Shown in pieces: positions 48,052-58,829 of a stretch of 64,000 nucleotides of DNA. This stretch comes from Amphiscolops sp. MND2022 (lineage: Eukaryota). The stretch is from positions 63,738,001 through 63,802,000 of the forward strand of contig OZ076409.1 in assembly GCA_964187785.1 (NCBI GenBank). The letters are read 5' to 3'. The position numbers and the translations under genes were made by a program. The notes under the pieces are model-generated. The model saw only the letters and a program-made list of their open reading frames with translations, had not been told where the DNA came from and searched no databases. Each line of letters starts with the position of its first letter. Position 1 is the stretch's first letter.

Positions 48052-51000
48052 CAGGTTGGAAGACGAAACAATGTTTTTCGATATTGTAACTAATGAGAGG
48101 TGGATTTCCTGGTGCGAGATCACTGTCGGAATTACTTTCATCAGTTTCATCAGAAGTGTCGAGCTCTTCAATTCTGATTTTCCGTACACAGGTTCTCAAT
48201 CTATGGCTTCTTGTAGGCCATCTTCGACAGAACTGTTCAAAGCTCGTCTCACTAGAACTCGCACCCTCGTTCGAAGAAAGCTGATCAACGGCACATTGAG
48301 TATTTGTTGCAACGGGACGAGATTCGACTGTTGGTCCGTTCGCTGGTACACGAGAGCTACCTGGCTCTGTATTTAATTCTTTGTTTCGACTACTTGCATT
48401 GATAATACTGTGCCCATCATTGACGAAATTGGAAAAAGAAAAGGGAATCAAGAAAAGGAAACGAATTCTCTGTAGTGCTTCCGAACAAGTCGCATTGACT
48501 TTTTTGAAGAGGCTTGTGTCGACATATTTTCGTTCTGCCTTTCTACTCACATTTCTTACTTCTTTGTGACCTATCACTTCTTCTGTTTCGTTCAACTCAG
48601 TGGTAATGAGATAGTCAATTGTCACTAAATCCCGCCAATTTGTACGGGCCATGATGAAACATCTTGAAACAGAAAATTGGTCAAAGCAAAAATTTCTGAT
48701 TGATGTGTCTACAAGCCGTGTATTATGGAAACGGAGAATTTTGGAATCGAGAATCTGGCCTCTTAAGGGTATAAGTCACATTCCGCGTACTTAATGGCAG
48801 AGCAGCTCAATCCAAACAGCGCAACCTTTGTTCTAGACGAACTTTTTGCTGGTTCATGAACCCAAATTTGTTTTGCTTTTTGACGTAGAGGGGACAAAGC
48901 GGTCATTCAAAGAAGTCACATCCTTAACCCGGAATATCAAAACACTTTTTCAATTAGTGACAGAAGCTCGCGACAAACAGCGGAACTCCTTTTCTTGACC
49001 TTCTTCTTTTGATCAAAGTCCTAGATTCTCAATGTTTAGTGTTGGATAACGTGGCTACTTGCTAATTTCAGAACACAATGAAAGAAAACTGTTTACTTCA
49101 TAAAGAGTGCTCCGAATTTCTAGAAGAAGTGATCACTTGGATGAGTAATTTAAAAATGAAATTACAAATATCACAGATCTTTAACCAAAATTTCAGAGAT
49201 GCAAAAAATCCAATCTTCAAACTTCGAAAAACTAACCAGTATCCGAGAATCCCAGTAAAGAACAATCAGTAGAATACAGCTAAATTGAGAAAAATTTGAT
49301 GGGAACAGATACTTTTTTAAACAGAATGCTTCAAAAACTAGAAGTTAACACTTGGAAAAACAAACTAAAAAAGAAATAACTCGAGCACCAAAGGATATTC
49401 ACTTGATTGAATGCTGCGTTGAAAAACTGAAGTATCAGACTGACTGAAAAACAATGTAGAGCAGAGAATCTGTAATGTGAACTGAAAGCTTCCGTATAAC
49501 GTGACCAAAATTAAAACACTGATTGATGAAAACATCTTTCAGTTGCAAAGCAATGCTTTAGATAGCTAGAAATAACTTGGAAGAATAAATATAAAACTGA
49601 AAACGAAATTTTTGATTGTTTCGTGACAGTTTCACATTTATATGAATGCTCTATAGTTGCTCTATATTTGCACTATAGTTGCACTCTAACTATGCTCTTC
49701 CAGTAATCCAGCAATCTTGTAGCGATGAAGTTTTTTACAGTGGATGATACATTATTAAACGTTCCGATTAAACAATAAACAGAAGCACTGTTATAATTAG
49801 ACATGGCCGGAACATGATTAAACATCGTTAACAAAAATTAAACGAAAATTCGAGAACAAAATCGAAACGAGGATAAAAGAGCCCGCCACTCGTTAGCCAA
49901 CTAAGTCACACGCTTGTTCCAAGTTTTCATCGTTTTTTTTGCAGTTCAATTGGATTCGCTCGCCGCTTCAAACTTCACTGTTATAGTCACGCCAAACGCA
50001 GGATCGAAACCTTCAACTTGTAACAGATTGACAGCATTACAGAAAATGGGTGTCGTGACGCTAGCTACGGATTCCGTGGCATTCTTTGCATTACGGAGAC
50101 AGGATGATGGTGAGTCATTGGGTGAAGTCCTTGTTATCGACGGCATCATCTTGTTGATTGTTTGCCTCAAGCGGCAATTTTTTCTCCAATTTGGGTCCAA
50201 GGACTACTTGCTTTCTTTCAGAACAGCCGATGTCTGTGCAGCCGCATCTGCCACTGTTTCAGTTGACGTTTCCGTTGATACCTCGACGTTGGGGAGCTTT
50301 GCTCGACATCCAAGTCGATGACAAGTAAATCGCTGTTTAGACAATCTAAATTGCTTCAGGAAACGTTCGTGATAAAAATTTATTCCTGTTCGATGGCTTT
50401 TTTCTGTTCTTGTCGTTGGCTACACTAGCGGGATAACTATTTCTGGCCCACATAGATTCTTCGTGCCCGTAACCGTTCTCCGGGACGGCATCGGATTGAG
50501 TAAATGGTTCGTGCAGCTCTTCACTTTCACCTCGTTGCCAGTTCCGATCTAGGAACGAGAGATTACTTCGAGAAATATTTTCTTCGGAATCTAAAAAAAA
50601 ACACTGAATTTCCTTTTCAAATAAAACGCTATCGTTGAATTATTAAAGGCAGTGTACAATCCCCCAGGGTCTATTTGAATCCCCAAGCGTCTTTCATTGT
50701 TTTGATCTCGTCAAGGCGTCCTTCGTCCAAAATAAGAGCAGGGTAGAACTTTCCTTCGAACCTGAGGTTCAGTGTTTCACCGACGCTCAAAAACCTTCTC
50801 GGTCAGTGACACTTTAGCCGGCCAGTGTAAACTGTTTACACCAATGCTCAAATACTGTCTTTCGTTGGGGAAAAAAGAACAAAAACATAGAATGCTTGTC
50901 TTCCTCCATGACTTTTAGACCACGGAGTTGTGAGGGTAAGGACACTTGAGACATATCTTTACGAGCGTAAGTTGAACAAACCTGAAAAGTAAAACCGGGT

Positions 51001-51942
51001 GGTCATCAATTTTTTTACTTTTTGAAACTTTCTGACGTTGACAACCAACAAAAAGCGGCCTTTCGAATCGACCGAACAAATAACATACGAAGATGAAACA
51101 ACCTAATCATTTAGTGATAGTGGCTCGCAACAAACAGCGCAACGCCTGATAATGGCGTTTTGTTCATTGATCAAATTTCTACACTCCTAATGCCCAGTGA
51201 AAGTATCTTCCAAAACAAACAAAGGAGAACGTGGCCAATTTCAGAACACAGTATAAAAAAGCTATTTTGACTTGATAATGAATGCTTCAAATAACTAGAA
51301 GTAACCGTTTGAAAGATTAAATATAAAAGTGAAGTTACGAACATGAAAGTATTTGTACCGAACTATCGGTGATTAAGAAAAAAATACAAAACTTCAAAAG
51401 ATCAAAAAACAAATCAAATATACAACAAAGAAACTTATGAAAGCAGTGTTCATCAGCATAATATAGCTACATTCTAAACATTTTGATGGGAGCAAACTGT
51501 TTTTTTGCAACAGAAAGCTTCAAAAACTAGAAGTTAACACTTGAAAGGAATAAAATAAAAGTTGAAAAGAAAGCACTCGAGCACCAAAGCATATTAAACC
51601 GATGGAACGCTGCATTGAAAAAAAACTCAAATGTCGCGCTTAGTCAAATTTCAGGCAAGTTGATGTTCGTGATTATTAAGGAAAGCTGGAGGGATGTTGA
51701 TCATCTGCAATCAATTACCTTTGAGGACGTTTTCCAATTGCGTTTCCGTTGATTTGGGCGGAATCAAATGCCGCTTTCTCAAATTTTCATCAAAGAATTC
51801 CTGATTAGCTTCTATCGTTCTTTTTCCTTATGGACCTTGTCACCGCAGAGAAATTTTGTCTGATCTTTTTTGGACGCCTATGAAATAGCTTCCAAAGAGA
51901 GTTTGCAAGGATTCATTACATCGTTGAATATTCTGGTTCGGC

Positions 51943-52266
51943 TCAACAATCAAGTCTCCGCATACGAATGCTGCGTACAAATAGCTCTTGCTTATTTACC
52001 TTGTATGCTTTCTTCATTTTGCCAAAGTATGAGACAACATTTTCAGCATTCACGGAACCTTTTGCTTTGAAGGGATGAGAACAAAGGTCATTCCCACCAA
52101 GGAGAAGGACCGTTGGTATGGAGACGTAAAGTTGTTGTAATTCTTCCCAGAAATACTGAAGTCTCACTCCACTCCTGCCAACCATTTCACAGCCAGGAAA
52201 GCTTAGATCCAAGTCCACCAAGCGCCGGACGTTACTGGAGCCGACAACATTGACTAGAGCCAACAA
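51943..52266 (-). pseudogene. SGNH/GDSL-hydrolase-like remnant, probably transposon cargo
   Basis: VVGSSNVRRL, GRSG and LLLGGNDL resemble SGNH blocks I-III; preceded by four tandem ACTGGAGCC(G/A)ACAAC units. Confidence 0.5.
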
Positions 52267-53106
52267 CTACTGGAGCCAACAACTACTGGAGCCGACAACT
52301 ACTGGAGCCGACAACAGCAATATGACCATTCTAAGCGGGGTTCCGCCACTATGATATTCGTGTTATGATTCAATGACCGCAGAGGCTTTGAAGCAGCTCG
52401 ATGTCCATGGGAAAATCACAAAAGATTTCGGAACCCATAATTCTGGATAAAGCATCTGAGAACCAATGTTCTTTAAGGTGCTCAGGTATATTTAAATTTC
52501 ATCAGAGCTTTCCGTAGCTTCCATTGAAGGTTCAATTTCATTGCAAATGTCGAGATTTTTTTAGCATGATGCTGCATGAGAGTAGTACAAGGTTTTTCAC
52601 AGTCGGTCGTCCAGTCGTCGTCGTCATCAGAAGAACAGCCTACATCCTCAGAAGAATCTTCTGAAGTTTCACTGTCCGAATCTGATTCAGATTCTGAGCT
52701 ACAACCAGATGCGAAAGACAACTCGAACACAACAAGACGCTAAACACCGGGATATTTTCCGCCTTCTTCGCCTTAACTAACTGTTTTGGTTGGGGGAATA
52801 GGATATACAGAAGAGGATCTGAAATTTAGTGATTTTAGATCTTATTTCCTTTAGATCTTATTCCCGTCCTGAAATTTTAGATCTTATTCCCTTCAGATTT
52901 CCATCCCTTTTTTAAACTTTAGATTTTATTCCCCGTCTAAGGTAAGTGACTGAGAACTAAGTGAGTGAGAGTGTAGGTAGAGAAGAGCGAATGAAGTGAA
53001 GAGTCGATTTATGGCAGAATTTGTAAAAAAACGCATCACGGATCATCATTTTCCTCCACATTGAAAATGTGGGGTCGGAAAAGAATGAAGTCATCAGAAT
53101 TTTCAG

Positions 53107-53153
53107 AGCAAACGCTATCTGACATGCGCATCTTGGGCAACTCTATCTCAAAG
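53107..53153 (+). CDS. HPS1: Probable small HPS1-like exon
   Basis: ttttcag/ ... /gttaga; (E)QTLSDMRILGNSISK; the phase-1 start fits 40988. Confidence 0.45.
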
Positions 53154-55228
53154 GTTAGATGTTCTTCAGCGAAGAGGGCAGGAATGTTTCCAGTTGAAAA
53201 AAATATTTCGATTACCTGAAGTCAAAGTAGGGTCCTTGGTTGGAGGGTGTCTGAAACAAGATTCCAAAGGAAGAGAAAAACTGTGCTGGGTTCTGGTATT
53301 TGATTTGCCCCGAATAGCGAAATTACATTTTTTAGTTCATCCGACCACGATATTTTGAAAAAGTTATGAAACTGAAAACAATTGATAAAGTAAGATTGAA
53401 ACAACTGAGAACCCGTACGTCAATGTCAATTTAATAGTACTACGATGACAACTCTTTCAAAACGACAGACAATTTTTCAACGCAAATCCAATGGTCATTT
53501 AGGGATTGGGAAAACTACAACTATCGATACCGACTGAAAAGGCTTTCTGACGACCCAATCCAAATTGGATTTTCACTTGCCATTGATAACTTTTTCTGGA
53601 AAACAATTATAACTGGATTCCTATAAAATTGCAAATATGAACTTTAGATCCATTTCCCAGTTTCGGAAGTTGCTGCACTGGTAGGTTCAGAAAGATTTCT
53701 TAAGAAACTTACATCGAAATGAAAACAAATCAGGATTTTCTTCAATAAAACTAACTTCTTCAATGTGACAATTTAGTTTTGTAAAAGGAGCAACTTTTTT
53801 GGCTCCAAAATTTCCCAAAACGGCTATCTCAATTGAAAAACGCAAAGTAGCAGGCGCTTATGCCCTAAACAAAACCTAAAGGAACGTGAAATCAACCGTT
53901 TTTGAACGCCGCTAACTTTTCTCCGAACATCAAAGAATGACAAATCAATGTGAAAAAAATTGCACAATTATGAAGGTATAACCACCTTATAAGTTAGGTT
54001 TTTCATAATATTGTAGCGGAGAAGAATCTGAATTTATAGGAATTTATAGGAATCCAGGTTTTTTCTGTGAAACATCCTTGTAGTTCTTCTGTGCCGGCTG
54101 TGTTTTTAAATACGCACGCGATTCAGTTATGGCCCATTGATTGAGCGGCGGGGGTAGTTTCTGTTTAAATAAATGTTCAACTTTCTCAAGATAAGTTGAT
54201 AGTTTGCTGCAGATTGGGTACAGGCATTTAGAGATCAATTCTTAAATGTAATAAGCAGCAGCGCCCGTTAATGTCAAATTCAAATGAACCTCAAAGAGAA
54301 TCTGAAATAGGTATGGAATCGATGATAACTGGCATTGTGAACCCGACCGAAACATGATTTACTTATGAGGATCTCGTTTAGTCAAAGTATCTTTCCTGGC
54401 ACTTGAATATGTGAAAACGTGTTTATGTAAAAAGAAAACCCAGCTTTGAACACCAAAGACTGTATGTTTTTAGCGCACGAGCCGCCCACTCCTATCACCA
54501 TAAAGGTGGTTCTATTTAGTTCGATATTATCCGACTCTAGTCTAGAACTCTTGGTAACTGTGCAATTCAGCCATAGCATTTGTAAAGTTCTTCATGCGTT
54601 TTTAGATAACTAATGATAATCAAGTGACCGTCAAGCTTTTTTCCAACTCAATCTTTTTCACAAAAACTACTCATTTGACTGCTCATGTAAACTTCAAGCG
54701 TTCTGACTGATATGAGATGGCACAGATAACACAGGCCAATCAACAATAAATTTTTCCATGAAAACCAACCCGCTTCAGCGACTCGATCCCATTTATGACT
54801 TTGCTTCAGTTTTAAAATCATATTTCACTCGTGTGTACAGCAATTCAACTAGCAAGTACTCGATTCGCGCTTTCCGCAATTGTCAACGTCAGTATTTAGA
54901 ATAGTTCTCCAAGCTCCCCTGACTCTTTGCTCGGTCAATTGCAGCCGCGCATGATTCAAATAGACTCCTTTTCAGCTTTCCAATACAAGAACATTCAACT
55001 GCCACCAGCATACCAATCTATGCTGTACTTCATGAACTATGTCGATAAACGATCCAACTTCGATAAATATTTCAATCCGGTTCCAGGAACAATTTCAGGG
55101 TGAACTTGTTTGAGTATAGTGCATGTTTTTGGATACAACTGCATTTAATTTCAGAATCCAACAAATTCACTGAGAATAACATAGTCAAAATATCTGGAAT
55201 ATCAACACACGCAACTTCAATATTTCAG

Positions 55229-55311
55229 AACAAGTGAAGGGAAGTGTAAAAAAATATTGGGGAAGGAACATTCAAAATTTCTTCAACAGCGAAGTGATGC
55301 CAAGTTTCAGG
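55229..55311 (+). CDS. HPS1: Possible HPS1-like exon (3' boundary uncertain)
   Basis: tatttcag/ then QVKGSVKKYWGRNIQNFFNSEVMPSFR. Confidence 0.35.
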
Positions 55312-55914
55312 GTTTCAAGTTATATGGAAGCTCATTTTCAGTCTAGGTTTTCGAAGGTGAAAAAGCACAACTTTGTGACAAGTTTCCAACTCAGCTCACA
55401 CTTTTTTCTATCAGATGATTCAATTCAAAGTTTATGCAGATTTTATGCATGGAGCTCTGATGTATTTGTGTAAGGCCAGTGCAGAATAAAACAGAGCACA
55501 CGTTGAGTTTCTGAGTCGACTGAAATTGAGTGTAAGCATTTGATTATTCTATTAACGAATAATTTTGAGTTTTAGTTTCTGGAATTTATTGTGGATGCAA
55601 GTTTAGGTAAAGGATAAATACCTTTTTCATATCTTTGCTTACCTCCCTCAAATCACAGCAAAGGCGAATTTTAAAAAATAAAATTTAAAAAGTCGATGAA
55701 AAATGAAACGTTCCCAAAAAGTGCCCCAATCTCAAATCTGCTTTTAGTAGTGCATTCAAGAGTAAACAATAATTCAAGGTCTTAAAGAGAAACGGCAAAC
55801 GAGGAAACAAGTTTTTCAAATTTTTGTTCCTCAGCCATCAAAGCCCGTTTTCTACTCCCAAAAAACGTTTTTGAGACGAAAGAACATCAAACCATAAAAT
55901 TCTTCTGTGTTTAG

Positions 55915-56057
55915 AATCAGCTTTGGAAAACTACCAGAGATGTTTGAAGTCGTGGTATGAACGAATTTTCCTGGGTGCCACTTTCGGGGCATCCCATGTG
56001 ACCCCAGAGGATTTCGAGAAGTTTTGTCAGCAGGTCACTGACAGTTTCATCTCCAGG
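55915..56057 (+). CDS. HPS1: HPS1-like exon (boundaries approximate)
   Basis: gtgtttag/; SALENYQRCLKSWYERIFLG...FEKFCQQVTDSFISR; candidate donor /gtcaag. Confidence 0.55.
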
Positions 56058-56460
56058 GTCAAGTTAGATTTCAAAACATCCTGTATTTCATTCAAATGTT
56101 ACGGACAGAAACAGTCGACAGCATAAACTAGCCTGGGTCATTTCTTCGACACTGACTACCAAAAACAACTTCAATAGTTTTTGTAATTCGTTTCGAGTAA
56201 TAGACAACGTTCGGAAGGCGTTGCGGAAAAACTCTAATAAAAAACAGAGCTTGAGAAAGTTTTTGATGCTTGCTCGATATTCTGCAATTATGAGAAAGAT
56301 CAAGAAAGATCAGGAAACGCCTGATTCATGCAATAATTTTTTGGGGCATTCTAAATTTTTCAGCTACCACAGGGCATTATTCATTTTTTCCGATCATTTT
56401 TTCCGATCTTCAAACGTGAAGTTTGTGAATTTTAGCCTATTGATGCCTCGCGCAGAGCAG

Positions 56461-56586
56461 GGCACAAAAGAGCTGCTACAATTTGTCCAGGGTCGAGTGG
56501 CAGGCTTCAAAGTGACACTGAACACTTTCCCCCAGATATACCCTGGATTGATACACTTCGTTCACATAAATAGGGCCACCAATCAG
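56461..56586 (+). CDS. HPS1: HPS1-like exon (start of third longin domain)
   Basis: YPGLIHFVHINRATNQ resembles HPS1 FPGLVHFIYVDRTTGQ; donor CAG/GCATGA (GC-AG); 5' boundary 56456 or 56461. Confidence 0.85.
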
Positions 56587-57085
56587 GCATGAGTGACTTA
56601 AATGATCCATCTTCTGTTTATTTTTCGAAATCTTAATTTTCAATGTGAACTCTATCTCGTACGAAAATGAAACACAATTTCCAAAACTCTGCATCAAATC
56701 AATTCCCAACTTCCAAATATATGGATCTTTTGCCAAGGTCAAAAAAAGTTACCCATGAGACTTTTCTCAGAATCACAGTAAGCAATAGAACAAAAAACTT
56801 GCCAAAAAGCCACTTGAAAATTTAGAGCAGGTTCTTGGTCAGAGATCAAGGTTAACAATAGTTTAAAGTGACAATTATCAGGCTTAATTTTTTCAGTCCT
56901 CGACTTTTTGGAACCAAAAATGTCAATTTTCTTCAGCATTAATTGGTCCTAAATCATTTAATAGTTTGACAATGTTCAATAATTCAGTCTTCGGTTGAAT
57001 TTTAATGGAAAGGGAAACTTACGGAGCCGGTTTTCTTATATTCTCGGTCATATTCCAAATTTACCATCAAATGATGGTTTTGCGG

Positions 57086-57169
57086 GTTTTCGTCCTCTAC
57101 ATCTTTGAAGCTACTCATAAAACCCGCCAAATTTTGCATACTCCGTCAAAGATGTAGAGGACGAAAACC
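57086..57169. repeat. 24-bp perfect inverted repeat in an intron
   Basis: GGTTTTCGTCCTCTACATCTTTGA ... TCAAAGATGTAGAGGACGAAAACC. Confidence 0.75.
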
Positions 57170-57499
57170 TGATAATTTATGAACTTTGTTAGTTTATAAA
57201 CTTTGATAAAAACCTGAATAATTATCAGCTCAACACCCAAATTTTTGACAATGAAAACATCTCAAAGAATCTTCTAAAATTTTAGAAAGAAATTTTTAGT
57301 GAAACGTTCATGCACTATGAACAAGGGTCAATTTAAATCATCTGAGCCTCGTCACTGCAAAAGTTGCCCTAACACTGTAAAAGCAAATTGACGACTTAAT
57401 CAGAAACACTTTATCAAAAAGTATGCGTGTGTAAAATTTTGCACGTTTCCTAGTTGCTTCAACTGATAGTTCATGCCTGTCTCTTCGTTGGCCAATCAG

Positions 57500-57691
57500 A
57501 TCACGGCACCGAAGTTATCAGCATACAAGCACGGGTCGCTGATGTCAGTGTTCTGGAAGTTCGTGGCCAAGTGCAGACAAGTGTTAGTGCGCAAAGTGAG
57601 CTACATTGTGTGGAAGGACCAGCTCTACACATTCACTTACTCTCTCTCCTTCGAGAACAGACAGTTTTTCGATAGACTAGCTGGCGATCGG
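57500..57691 (+). CDS. HPS1: HPS1-like exon
   Basis: ITAPKL...VFWKFVAKCRQVL...YTFTYSLSFEN resembles HPS1 MVAPSL...VWSLIQLARRYL...FYCSYFLWFEN; donor /gtaagc. Confidence 0.85.
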
Positions 57692-57745
57692 GTAAGCGCG
57701 GACTTGATTCCATCATACTCAACAATGATAAGCTTGCTTTTGTAG

Positions 57746-57781
57746 GGAAGGGAACCCCCGGATCATTGTTTATCACCCCAG
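57746..57781 (+). CDS. HPS1: HPS1-like micro-exon (36 nt)
   Basis: tttgtag/ GREPPDHCLSPQ /gtttgg; phase 0-0. Confidence 0.55.
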
Positions 57782-57969
57782 GTTTGGTTCGGCTCATTTT
57801 TAAACAGCAATTCTGAAACCAAAATTCAGTCAATTTCTTGCACTATCCGTATATGAACGTAGCTAATCACGATTCTCTAATTCAGGAGATTTTAACCTTG
57901 GTACCTACTGTTCCATAAGCATTGCATTGAGTACTCCAATATGATTAAATCGAACGTAATATTCAACAG

Positions 57970-58221
57970 GGTTTAACGGAAGAACAACTGGAGAACATTT
58001 TGGAAGCAAAACCGGTTGGATTTCTGTCTTACAACACCTACCAGCAAATGAAGTACTCTTTATTTTCTTCTCGCAAACCCGGTTTCGACAGTATCGTGGC
58101 CACTGAGACCTACTGCATCCAGGTACCCGAAATGCCCGCCTCCTTTGCCCTGAGACAAAACCGCAAAATATCCGAACATGTTTGGGATGCTTGTTACCGC
58201 AAGGGCATCCCTCTTGCATGA
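57970..58221 (+). CDS. HPS1: HPS1-like terminal coding exon
   Basis: tcaacag/; KPVGFLSYNTYQQM...ETYCIQV...LRQNRKISEHVWDA..KGIPLA* resembles the HPS1 C-terminus. Confidence 0.85.
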   Translation, partial: GLTEEQLENILEAKPVGFLSYNTYQQMKYSLFSSRKPGFDSIVATETYCIQVPEMPASFALRQNRKISEHVWDACYRKGIPLA

Positions 58222-58829
58222 GAGTATAAATGTGAATGTTAATTCGAATTTTTGCTATTTAATAGTTTTGTTCATTTTAACTCGAATTACTATGAATTCA
58301 AAATTACTTTTTCCTCTCAAGGATTAGGCGCTCCAACCGAGCTTCTATTTTGAGACAGCAGAAAAGTAAAGTATGATCTATTTGATTTCATTTGAAATTC
58401 TTTGATACTTTTGAATTATTATTGAAAAATAACTCTCATCTAAGTAGTTTTCCTTATTTTGCTATAATTGCCAATTATATACTCAAAAGGTGAAATGTCT
58501 TCCACAAAATTCAACTACGAAAACAGTTGGTATTTGTTTGTGGAGATCATCGAACCTTTTTTGAGTGCCCTTAAATAGGGCCAAAATGCAAAATTTTTCA
58601 AACTTTCGACAGTTTTGAGCAATTTTAGTTCAATTTCTCAATGTTTTCGCGAGTGTGATTATCCATATACCCAAATGTCCAAAATAACTGACAAGTTTCA
58701 AGCTTTTGACCTTTTTATGCACCTTCAGCATAATATTTGAACATTTTGGTGGTTATGAATATCATGTCCAAAGGCCACACAAAAGGTCAATTGACCAAAA
58801 CTGGACATAATAAACGAAAATTACTTTTT

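Larger units (their letters stand above)
5462..58221 (+). other. HPS1: Host gene span: HPS1-like (Hermansky-Pudlak syndrome 1, BLOC-3 subunit); the 5'-most exons were not resolved
   Basis: Small exons, mostly with phase-compatible junctions, encode in order motifs matching recalled HPS1 sequence: FYFIAF..LERKLHIL, DQCFMLEAYEK, DLLLVLLLTNYLHPS, YPGLIHFVHINRATNQ/ITAPKL, YTFTYSLSFEN, KPVGFL, VWDA..IPLA*. Confidence 0.85.

Noticed and set aside
53194..53295. Possible extra HPS1 exon (LKKIFRLPEVKVGSLVGG...)
   Set aside because: Needs a ~40-nt intron and offers no donor in the required phase
57473..57745. Stand-alone small gene starting at ATG 57473
   Set aside because: Homology shows it is an internal HPS1-like exon starting at 57500
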